Notes: generated by a model not told the origin, from the sequence alone. Shown: positions 8,867 to 18,143, numbered from the stretch's first letter. The stretch is DNA of 26,943 nucleotides from an uncultured Pseudomonadales bacterium (GCA_964491465.1 CAZBFT010000002.1:1-26943); one strand, 5' to 3'. Program-made: numbers and translations.

Positions 8867-8888
8867 ACGACTATTGTATCCTTATGCC

Positions 8889-9533
8889 ATGCAGCGCAAG
8901 GGGAGTTGGTTTGTGGGAGTAATGATGGGCGGAGTCATAATGGTCGCCGGACTTTACCTGTGGTTTATCACCACGCCCCAATTCGACTCATTTTTGGCGT
9001 GGGCACAACAAAACTACTGGCTATTCGTCACCCTACTTTTGGGAACAAAAGTACTGGGGATAGTGTTCCCGCCGATCCCAGGAGGGACGCTCACTCTCGG
9101 AGCGGTGCCAGTAATTGGCTGGTGGCAAGCATATTTGGTAGATTTGGTGGGAGGATTTGTGGGGGCAGCGAGCGCGTACTACCTAGGCCAAAAATATGGC
9201 TATCCCCTACTGCACAAAATTTTTGACGAGCAAGTGATTAGCAAGCTAAAAAGTATCAAAGTAAAAGCAGGAAGGGAACTGGAGGCGATGATAGTGTTCC
9301 GGATCGTCGGCTCGGGACTACTGACCGAGGCGATTTACTACGCGGCGGGACTACTATCTATCAGCAAGAAGAATTTTGTGTTGGGATATTTTCTGACCCA
9401 TGTAGCGCTAACTGCGCCCGCATTTTACATAGCCGATGTGGTGCTGTCGGCGCGGAACTTGGCGATGAATTTGGTATTTATGGTGGTGGCGATCCCGGTG
9501 ATGTGGAAGATTAAGGGAAGGTATTTGGAGTAG
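8889..9533 (+). CDS. DedA/VTT (TVP38/TMEM64, SNARE-associated) membrane protein (214 aa from ATG 8889)
   Basis: Multiple TMs, FPPIPGG re-entrant motif, YYLGQKYG, FRIV...EAIYYAAG. Confidence 0.8.
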   Translation: MQRKGSWFVGVMMGGVIMVAGLYLWFITTPQFDSFLAWAQQNYWLFVTLLLGTKVLGIVFPPIPGGTLTLGAVPVIGWWQAYLVDLVGGFVGAASAYYLGQKYGYPLLHKIFDEQVISKLKSIKVKAGRELEAMIVFRIVGSGLLTEAIYYAAGLLSISKKNFVLGYFLTHVALTAPAFYIADVVLSARNLAMNLVFMVVAIPVMWKIKGRYLE

Positions 9534-9567
9534 CTGGATAAACAGAATTATTAATTCGCTTGTTCTG

Positions 9568-10482
9568 TTAAAGACCCAATTCCGACTTGGTTCTAATTTC
9601 TATTCCTGGTAAAGGTTGACCATTCTCAGTAATTCTCGTATCTTCTTGTATTTGAGGGATTCCGAGCATATTAAAAGCGTTTAATTGATCGCCTTTGAGC
9701 CCCGTACGTACGGCGGCAATGAATAGACAATATAGTCCACAATTATAAGCATCAATTTGGAACCTTTGCGATTTGGCCTCCAATAGTTCGATATTCTCAG
9801 CAGTTTGGAGATCGCCTGGAAAAGTTAAGTCGTAAGTATTGTTTGCACCGACTGCTTCATTCATGATTACGGCTGATCCTGAGGTATATGAAGTTTGCCA
9901 ATCGTCAGGGAGGTCATGCCATCGCTCACCTGGCCTGGTAGGATCAGCGATTAATACCTTCCAATGGCCGTCCTGAGTTTGTTCAGGTCTTCTGAGTGCT
10001 AAAGCATAGTGTCCTGTTTCCAAACTCGCACCTAGCTTGATGAGAATCAAAGGAAGATGCCATCGCTCAGATAAGTAATAAAGTACTGACTGATTTAGTT
10101 CCTCATCTGGTGCATAGACATGCTTTTCTGGGGCTAAGGTAGATAAATTTGCCCTAACGCGAGCGCAAAACATATCCGAGGCAAGTTTGTTTTTTGTTTC
10201 GGCGTCGACTAAAAATTTTAATCCAAAATTTTCTCCACCAACCTCTAACAAATGCTGAGCATCTGTTAAATCAATTTGGCCGTCTGCTAATACTTCATTA
10301 ACTGTGGTGTCCATTATTTGAACGAAAGGCTCGAAGTTTCCTGGATCGAATAGGTCTTCATCTGTTACGTGGTGAAATACTTCTATCGCAGGTTCGGGGT
10401 CTGAGAGTATTTTTATTTGATCTCTCGGAACAATGTCGCGAGCTATTATGTGAATACCTGCATTAGCGTCTTTCTTGACCAT
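9568..10482 (-). CDS. Hypothetical protein with CE-clan (C48/Ulp1-like) cysteine-protease signature (304 aa)
   Basis: GHYALAL (H158), KVLIADP (D180), QIDAYNCGLYCL (Q242, C248); AT-rich (about 37% GC in a 60-nt hand sample). Confidence 0.6.
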   Translation of the reverse strand: MVKKDANAGIHIIARDIVPRDQIKILSDPEPAIEVFHHVTDEDLFDPGNFEPFVQIMDTTVNEVLADGQIDLTDAQHLLEVGGENFGLKFLVDAETKNKLASDMFCARVRANLSTLAPEKHVYAPDEELNQSVLYYLSERWHLPLILIKLGASLETGHYALALRRPEQTQDGHWKVLIADPTRPGERWHDLPDDWQTSYTSGSAVIMNEAVGANNTYDLTFPGDLQTAENIELLEAKSQRFQIDAYNCGLYCLFIAAVRTGLKGDQLNAFNMLGIPQIQEDTRITENGQPLPGIEIRTKSELGL

Positions 10483-10501
10483 GGTTACGCAATTTTACAC
10501 C

Positions 10502-10530
10502 AAAAAAAGCCCGGGTGGACCCGGGCTTTT
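10502..10530 (-). terminator. Intrinsic terminator of dnaK (potentially bidirectional)
   Basis: AAAAGCCCGGG-tcca-CCCGGGCTTTTTTT on the minus strand, 11 nt after the dnaK stop. Confidence 0.9.
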
Positions 10531-10541
10531 AGGACATAACT

Positions 10542-12485
<1,944 letters not shown>

Positions 12486-12506
12486 ATTTCTCCTTGATAT
12501 AAATAT

Positions 12507-12971
12507 TTAATTTGACGGTTTGATGGGTGCGCCGCTACCCACAATGACGCGGGCGGGACGGAGGACGCGGTCGTGGAGCTTGTAACCGCGACGGACTTCT
12601 TGGATAATTTGGTCTTTCTCGCCGGGAGCGGTTTCGTGGCATTCCATGGTTGATGGGTCAAAGCCAGCGTCGGTTTTGACCTCGGATACCCCTTCTTCGA
12701 CCAAGAGTTTGTCGAGATTGCCCAAGATCATTTTGAGCGAAGAGTCTCCGGTTGCGGCGGCCATACCAAGGTGATCGCGTATTTCGAGTAGTTTTTCGAT
12801 GAGGCTGGCGTTAGCAAACTTTACAATCGAGCTACTGTCGCGCTCGAAACGTTTCTCGAGATTGGCGTAGTCGGCGAGGGCGCGGGCGAGTTGAGACTCT
12901 AGATTCGAGATTTTAGATTCAAGATTTTGGATTTGGGGGGAAGTGGGTGTTTTGACAGTTTTAGCTTTCAT
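12507..12971 (-). CDS. grpE: Nucleotide exchange factor GrpE (154 aa)
   Basis: RALADYANLEKR, FDPSTMEC, RRGYKLHDRVLRPARVIV; directly upstream of dnaK. Confidence 0.96.
   Translation of the reverse strand: MKAKTVKTPTSPQIQNLESKISNLESQLARALADYANLEKRFERDSSSIVKFANASLIEKLLEIRDHLGMAAATGDSSLKMILGNLDKLLVEEGVSEVKTDAGFDPSTMECHETAPGEKDQIIQEVRRGYKLHDRVLRPARVIVGSGAPIKPSN
12894..12935 (-). repeat. In-frame degenerate heptamer tandem repeat in grpE
   Basis: Plus strand AGACTCT AGATTCG AGATTTT AGATTCA AGATTTT GGATTTG, six units in exact 7-nt register. Confidence 0.85.
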
Positions 12972-13002
12972 AAAGGTTTAATCCTGCTTAACTATTGATA
13001 AC

Positions 13003-13734
13003 TTAATTCCAGCTGGCGCTGATTTCGTCCAACAGACTACTCATATGGCGCAGCATCGGCATGACATAGGGATAGTTGAGCCGGGCGGGGCCAAGGACGC
13101 CGACGTGCCCGCTAAGTTTACCGGCGCGGAAGTCGATGTAGGCCATGGCGCAGGGATAGAGATATTCGTTGCCAAACTCATCACCCAAAATGATGTGAAG
13201 TGGCTGGGTGTCGACTACTTTGCCAAAAATAGTTTCCATCGCACTCGAGCTCTCGACGATGGAGAGGACCTGGCGCATGACGTCGATATCATAAAACTCG
13301 GGGAGATTTAGCAGATTAGCGTAGCCGCTACTATAGATAATGCCGTCGCTGGTCGTGGCAAAGCCGATGTTGCCGGTTTTCTCGGAAAGGACGTGGGTGG
13401 ATTCGCGCAAGAGCTCGCCTAGTTGGGCGCGGTGATCCCAGATACGCTCTTTGACCGAAACCTCCTCGGTCACCGGGAGAGTTTCTTCGCGCATGAGCTC
13501 GGAGACGTAGAGCTTGAGGGCAATGGGAGTGGGCACGCGGCCAGCACTAGTGTGGGGCTGCTTGAGATACCCTAGGTCTTCGAGCCGGACCATCTCGTTG
13601 CGGATGGTGGCGGGGGAGACGCCAAGGTTGAATTTTTTGTCGAGAGTGTCACTCCCCACGGCCTCGCCGGTCGAGGTATATTCCTCGACAATGGCTTTGA
13701 TAATGCTGATTTGGCGTGGACTAAGTGGCTTCAT
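13003..13734 (-). CDS. hrcA: Heat-inducible transcription repressor HrcA, short form (243 aa from ATG 13734)
   Basis: IVEEYTSTGEAVGS, VSPATIRNEMVRLEDLGYLKQPHTSAGRVPT, VGVLGPARLNY; the ORF-track TTG at 13770 is the -35 box. Confidence 0.95.
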   Translation of the reverse strand: MKPLSPRQISIIKAIVEEYTSTGEAVGSDTLDKKFNLGVSPATIRNEMVRLEDLGYLKQPHTSAGRVPTPIALKLYVSELMREETLPVTEEVSVKERIWDHRAQLGELLRESTHVLSEKTGNIGFATTSDGIIYSSGYANLLNLPEFYDIDVMRQVLSIVESSSAMETIFGKVVDTQPLHIILGDEFGNEYLYPCAMAYIDFRAGKLSGHVGVLGPARLNYPYVMPMLRHMSSLLDEISASWN

Positions 13735-13770
13735 TAGCACTATGATAGCGAGAGTGCTAGTGGATGTCAA
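13734..13770 (-). promoter_or_regulatory. Sigma70/A promoter plus CIRCE of hrcA-grpE-dnaK
   Basis: TTGACA (13765-13770)-17-TATCAT (13742-13747)-7-ATG; CIRCE CTAGCACTC-N9-TAGTGCTAA (13734-13760; 8/9 and 8/9). Confidence 0.92.
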
Positions 13771-13980
13771 CTACCCAAAATTGATCCTAGTGTATTTACC
13801 ATCCCTGGTGTACTTTAATTGGTAAAGTTTGGTTTCTTTGTCTATCCAGGCAAGTTCTTTCTTTGTCTTGTAATTCGAGAGTTTCACGTAAACATGCCCT
13901 AGAAAACGCCTACCTCTTCCCCGTTTTTGGAAAAATAGTTCGGCCAATTTGCCATTGATTAGTGCGAAACACCAGTTCAT
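13771..13980 (-). CDS. Small basic hypothetical protein (69 aa)
   Basis: TATCAT 6 nt before ATG; stop abuts the hrcA -35 box; protein-like pattern WCFALING...GHVYVK...Y. Confidence 0.55.
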   Translation of the reverse strand: MNWCFALINGKLAELFFQKRGRGRRFLGHVYVKLSNYKTKKELAWIDKETKLYQLKYTRDGKYTRINFG

Positions 13981-14030
13981 AAATTTATGATACTATGTTG
14001 AGGTAATACCTGTCTGCCCGAAGGAGGAGA

Positions 14031-14393
14031 ATGATAAGTTTTAAAGACGTGTTTAGGGGTGATATTTCGGGTCTGGTGGTGGAGACACCTTTCACCCAAG
14101 TCGATGACGGCAGGGGCGGAAACGATTTTTGGGTAGCATTTGCGGAAATAACAGAGTATGTCAAAAGATATGAGAAAAGATATAATATGTCAAACGCATT
14201 CTGTGGCACAAGTATGGCGATGATTTTGAGTAGTGTTCTTGGGTCATTTGGAGGAGATATTAGAACTGATCATAGAAGGAAGTCTGTAATAGCAAATTTG
14301 CCGGCGTGGAGTGGACGATCACCCGATGATGTTATTCAGAGATTGGCTCGCGCTGAATTTAGGAAAGATGCTGAATTACACGTGATGAGGTGA
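14031..14393 (+). CDS. Hypothetical protein (120 aa), AT-rich
   Basis: Strong SD AAGGAGG; extended -10 TGaTACTAT at 13988-13996. Confidence 0.65.
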   Translation: MISFKDVFRGDISGLVVETPFTQVDDGRGGNDFWVAFAEITEYVKRYEKRYNMSNAFCGTSMAMILSSVLGSFGGDIRTDHRRKSVIANLPAWSGRSPDDVIQRLARAEFRKDAELHVMR

Positions 14394-14436
14394 TGAAAAT
14401 AGTTAGGATCGAATGACAAGCTGAGTCAACGGTCGA

Positions 14437-16272
14437 TTAAATTTTGAGTATCTCGGTGAAGGCGGCCTGGGGGACCTCGACGCTCCCCAGCATTTTCATT
14501 TTCTTTTTGCCTTTTTTTTGCTTCTCGAGTAGTTTGCGGTTACGGGTCATGTCGCCGCCGTGTAGTTTGGCGGTCACGTCTTTGCGGTAGGCGCGGATTG
14601 TGGCGCGGGCAATGATCTTGCCGCCGATCGCGGCCTGGATCGCCACTTCGATCTGACTGCGGGGGATCACGTCTTTGAGTTTTTCGACCAATACCCGACC
14701 CCTCCCCTCGGCCTCACTGCGGGGGGCGACAAAAGAGAGGGCCTCGGCCGGTTCGGTATTGAGGAGAATATCTACTTTGACGGCGTCAACTGGAAGGTAA
14801 CCGGCGTGATCATACTGCACGCTAGCGTAGCCAGAACTCACCGATTTGAGACGGTCGTAGAAATTGGTAATGAGTTCAGCCAGTGGCATCAAGTAATTGA
14901 GCCGGACCCGACCAGAAACGTACTGCATATCCACAAATTCAGCCCGCTTGTTTTGGCAAAGTTCCATAATGCCGCCCACATAGGTTTCGGGGGTGTATAC
15001 GGTCAGGGTGACCATGGGTTCCTCCACGACATCGACCGTCTCTGGTTTGGGCCAGTCGGCGGGAGAGGAAATTTCCGAAGTGGTGCCATTTTTGATTTTG
15101 ATACGATAAGGGACCGAGGGCGAGGTATTGACCACGTTAACCTCGAATTCGCGGCTGAGGCGCTCGGTGACAATTTCGGCGTGGAGGATGCCCAGGAAGC
15201 CCACGCGGAAACCGTGACCGAGAGCAGGACTACTAGCCGCGTGGTAAGAAAGGGAGGTGTCGTTGAGGGCTAATTTGCCGAGAGCGTCGATAAGATTGCG
15301 ATAATCGGCTGCGTCCATGGGATAAAGATCCATAAAGACCATGGGTTGGGGACGCTGATATCCCTCGATGGGAGTGATGGTGGTACCCACGGTCGTGAGA
15401 GTGTCGCCAATAGTAATAGCGCGAATATCCTTGTGGCCGGTGGCGACAAAGCCAACTTCGCCTGATTTGATCGCGTCAGAGCTACGCATGTCGGGAGAGA
15501 AAAAGCCGATGTCGAGTGGAGATAACTTTTCCTGGGTAGCGTAAAGGAAAAGCGAGTCACGGTTGGATTGGTTGATCTCCCCTGCAATTACTTTCACAAA
15601 GGCAATCACGCCTTTGTGGGTGTCGAAGGTACTATTAAAAACTAGTGCCCGTAAATCCGTAGATCCGTGAATCCGTGAATCCGTGTAAGGAGCTGGGATG
15701 CGAGACACGATGGCGTCCAAGAGTACTGGAACACCCTCACCGGTTTTGGCAGAGACAAAGAGAATGTCGTCGTGGGTAAATCCCAGATTTTCGATGAGTT
15801 CGAGGGCAACTCTTTCCGGCTCGGCTCCAGCCATGTCGATTTTGTTGATGACAGGGATAATGGTTAAGCCAATTTCTTTGGCTAAGGCATAATTGGCCAA
15901 GGTTTGAGCCTGGACGCCCTTGGTGGCGTCAACTACTAGGACGGCACCTTCGCAGGCGTGGAGGGCGCGGCTGACTTCGTAGCTAAAGTCGACATGCCCT
16001 GGTGTGTCGATCAGATTCAGAATGAATTCTGAATCTGAATTCTCAAATCTTAAATTCTCCAATTGCTCCAATTGGGGGTGATAAATCATCCGGACGGGGG
16101 CGAGCTTGATGGTGATGCCGCGCTCGACTTCTATGGGATTGCTATCCATGAGGCGCACTGTTCCCCCCGGAGCCACGGTGCCGGTAGCTTCGAGTAAGCG
16201 ATCGGTCAAAGTAGTTTTGCCATGGTCAATGTGGGCAATAATACTAAAATTTCTTATATTGGGTGTATTCAT
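14437..16272 (-). CDS. lepA: Translation elongation factor 4 (LepA) (611 aa)
   Basis: IRNFSIIAHIDHGKTTL, ERGITIK, LIDTPGHVDFSYEVSR, NKID, GFRVGFLGILH, RKLLEKQKKGKKKMK. Confidence 0.98.
   Translation of the reverse strand: MNTPNIRNFSIIAHIDHGKTTLTDRLLEATGTVAPGGTVRLMDSNPIEVERGITIKLAPVRMIYHPQLEQLENLRFENSDSEFILNLIDTPGHVDFSYEVSRALHACEGAVLVVDATKGVQAQTLANYALAKEIGLTIIPVINKIDMAGAEPERVALELIENLGFTHDDILFVSAKTGEGVPVLLDAIVSRIPAPYTDSRIHGSTDLRALVFNSTFDTHKGVIAFVKVIAGEINQSNRDSLFLYATQEKLSPLDIGFFSPDMRSSDAIKSGEVGFVATGHKDIRAITIGDTLTTVGTTITPIEGYQRPQPMVFMDLYPMDAADYRNLIDALGKLALNDTSLSYHAASSPALGHGFRVGFLGILHAEIVTERLSREFEVNVVNTSPSVPYRIKIKNGTTSEISSPADWPKPETVDVVEEPMVTLTVYTPETYVGGIMELCQNKRAEFVDMQYVSGRVRLNYLMPLAELITNFYDRLKSVSSGYASVQYDHAGYLPVDAVKVDILLNTEPAEALSFVAPRSEAEGRGRVLVEKLKDVIPRSQIEVAIQAAIGGKIIARATIRAYRKDVTAKLHGGDMTRNRKLLEKQKKGKKKMKMLGSVEVPQAAFTEILKI
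15653..15684 (-). repeat. In-frame octamer tandem repeat in lepA
   Basis: Minus strand (CACGGATT)2 CACGGATC TACGGATT region; plus strand AAATCCGT AGATCCGT GAATCCGT GAATCCGT. Confidence 0.85.
16011..16075 (-). repeat. In-frame degenerate AATT-rich repeat with 13-bp inverted repeat in lepA
   Basis: TCAGATTCAGAAT-ga-ATTCTGAATCTGA (16011-16038) followed by irregular 6-9-nt AATTCT/AATCT units. Confidence 0.7.
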
Positions 16273-16281
16273 AGGGTCTTT

Positions 16282-16409
16282 TCAGTTTGTCAGTAGCTCG
16301 GCGAATCGGCAAGTCGGCTATATCAGTAAATCAGAAAATGCATTAATTGCTGATAAACTGGCAAACTGGTCGACTGGTATGCTGACTAGCTGATTTGCTG
16401 GTGTGCTGG
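16282..16409. repeat. Palindromic degenerate octamer element A (murJ-lepA intergenic)
   Basis: Seven TCRGnnnn units (16282-16338), 7-nt loop, eight nnnnCTGR units (16346-16409). Confidence 0.85.
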
Positions 16410-16410
16410 A

Positions 16411-18063
16411 TTATACCGAACTTTCGCTGGTATCGAGAGTTTCCTTGGAGAGCCCTAGGGCTTTGGGCCAGTTGCCGATCTTTTCGATTAAGCGAATAAA
16501 GACGCCAAGTTCGCGGATATTGAGGAAGTAGGAACAAGCCAGGTATACGCCAGTACCAATCAAGGTAACCGAGATAGTGAGCATGATCAGAGGGACGGTG
16601 CGGGTAGTATCAAATATCATTTGATCCAGATAGCGGAATGGGACCCAAAGGGCAATCGCGGTGACTCCGGTAGCTAGCAGCATTTTGCCTAGAGGAGCTA
16701 AGATGTGTGAAACGGCAAATTGGGCCAAGCTATAGAGGATGGAGGTAAGGATCACGGTCTCGATGAGCGAGGCGACGGTGATGGCAAAGGCCATGCCGAG
16801 TACACCAGATTTGATCACAAACAGAAAATAGTAACTCAGACTTACGTTGGTTATGGTTGAAAGCAAGTTGACAATAAAGGGAGTGCGGGTATCGTGAAGC
16901 GCGTAAAAGACGCGGACCAACACGTGGGTGAGCGAGCGGGCGGCGATGGAGATGGCCAAAATGGCAACCAATTTGCCAGTCAAGACGGTCTCCGCCCAGG
17001 GGAAAGAATCGGCTCCGTAAGCCAAGCGAACCAAGGGAATACGCAAGATGAGGACAATAACTGAAGCGGGAAGTGCCAGGTATAACATTTCCAGAATAGT
17101 GTTGTTGACCATGGTGGCTAAGTCACTAAGGTTGTGACGACCAGTTTCTTTGGCAAAAAACGGTAGCGAAGCCTGGCCGATCGGGATCCCAATTAAACGA
17201 ACGGGCAGGTTGGCTAACTGCTGGGCGATAGAGATAATAGTCACCGTGCCGACGGAGAGCCAAGAGGAAAAAGTGATGATGGCTGTCGCCTCGATTTGAG
17301 TAAGAGATAGAGTTAAGACCCTGGGGAGCATTAGACCCCCCATCTCGCGTACGGCGGGATGACGTAAGTCGATGGTGGGGAGATAGCGGAAACCTAATTT
17401 ACTGGCTAGGGGTAATTGAGCTAATAAATGTAGGCAGGCTCCCATCACTACTCCGATGGCAGCGCCATAAATACCCATGGATCGTCCAAACAACAGAATG
17501 CCCAAAATAATACCCAAGTTATACAAAATCGGGGACAGGGCCGGGATCAAAAAGCGTTTGTGGGATTGGATGATGCCGGTGAGGAATGAAGAGAAGCCAA
17601 AAAAGAGCTGGGCAGCGGCCATGATGCGGGTAAGGTTGGTCATTAGGGATAATTGGTCCGCTGAAAAACCACCAGCAATCAGCCGGGAAAGTGGGGCAGC
17701 AAAAATAAAGATAGCGGCCGAGAGCACAATCATGACCAACATAACAGCGTTGATCAGAGAGCAAGCGATTTTGTTGGCGTGGCCATTGTCACCCAAGTAG
17801 CGGCTAAAAACTGGGATAAAAGCGGAGGAGAGGGCGCCGACAATGATAATTTGAAAGACCATGTCTGGTAGCCGGAAGGCAGCCCAAAAAACATCTACGA
17901 TCCGGGGATCGGCGTAAAAGTAACTGATGAGCAGGCGAGTGCGAATTAAACCAAGTACAGCCGAGCCAAGCGTGGCGCCCATGATAATGGTGGCGGCGGA
18001 GAGGATGGAAGAACTTTCTTTTTCGAAAAGATCGCGGCCGTTTTGCATAAAGCGTTTGAACAT
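16411..18063 (-). CDS. murJ: Lipid II flippase MurJ (MviN) (550 aa)
   Basis: VLGLIRTRLL, AAFRLPD, ALSSAFIPVF, PALSPILYNL, QLANLPVRLIG, RVFYALHDTRTP; many TMs. Confidence 0.93.
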   Translation of the reverse strand: MFKRFMQNGRDLFEKESSSILSAATIIMGATLGSAVLGLIRTRLLISYFYADPRIVDVFWAAFRLPDMVFQIIIVGALSSAFIPVFSRYLGDNGHANKIACSLINAVMLVMIVLSAAIFIFAAPLSRLIAGGFSADQLSLMTNLTRIMAAAQLFFGFSSFLTGIIQSHKRFLIPALSPILYNLGIILGILLFGRSMGIYGAAIGVVMGACLHLLAQLPLASKLGFRYLPTIDLRHPAVREMGGLMLPRVLTLSLTQIEATAIITFSSWLSVGTVTIISIAQQLANLPVRLIGIPIGQASLPFFAKETGRHNLSDLATMVNNTILEMLYLALPASVIVLILRIPLVRLAYGADSFPWAETVLTGKLVAILAISIAARSLTHVLVRVFYALHDTRTPFIVNLLSTITNVSLSYYFLFVIKSGVLGMAFAITVASLIETVILTSILYSLAQFAVSHILAPLGKMLLATGVTAIALWVPFRYLDQMIFDTTRTVPLIMLTISVTLIGTGVYLACSYFLNIRELGVFIRLIEKIGNWPKALGLSKETLDTSESSV

Positions 18064-18074
18064 ACAAGGTTAGT

Positions 18075-18102
18075 GTAGAGTGAAAAGTAAAAAGTGAAAA
18101 GT
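18075..18102 (+). repeat. Degenerate heptamer repeat between divergent murJ and rpsT
   Basis: GTAGAGT GAAAAGT AAAAAGT GAAAAGT. Confidence 0.65.
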
Positions 18103-18104
18103 CG

Positions 18105-18133
18105 TTGTCAATTAATACTTGTCCTGATATACT
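18105..18133 (+). promoter_or_regulatory. Strong sigma70/A promoter of rpsT
   Basis: TTGTCA (18105-18110)-17-TATACT (18128-18133) with extended TGn; ATG 10 nt downstream. Confidence 0.8.
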
Positions 18134-18143
18134 ACGCCGTAAT

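Noticed and set aside
9541-9569. AACAGAA...TTCTGTT inverted repeat between convergent genes
   Set aside because: Only 7 AT-rich bp with a 15-nt loop; too weak to call a terminator
13735-13770. ORF-track N-terminal extension of HrcA from TTG 13770
   Set aside because: The TTG is the first half of the TTGACA -35 box, and the extension runs through the CIRCE; homology begins at ATG 13734. Extensions at 6436 (upp), 8841, 18105 (rpsT), 22925 and 26504 were rejected on similar grounds
13985-14209. 74-aa minus-strand ORF
   Set aside because: Overlaps the SD-supported plus-strand 14031-14393 gene and its promoter; no initiation signal
16282-16409. Elements A and B as CRISPR arrays
   Set aside because: Units are 8 nt and degenerate with no unique 25-45-nt spacers; no cas genes
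16343-16537. 64-aa minus-strand ORF running through element A
   Set aside because: Alternate frame of the murJ 3' end plus repeat-derived sequence; no start signal
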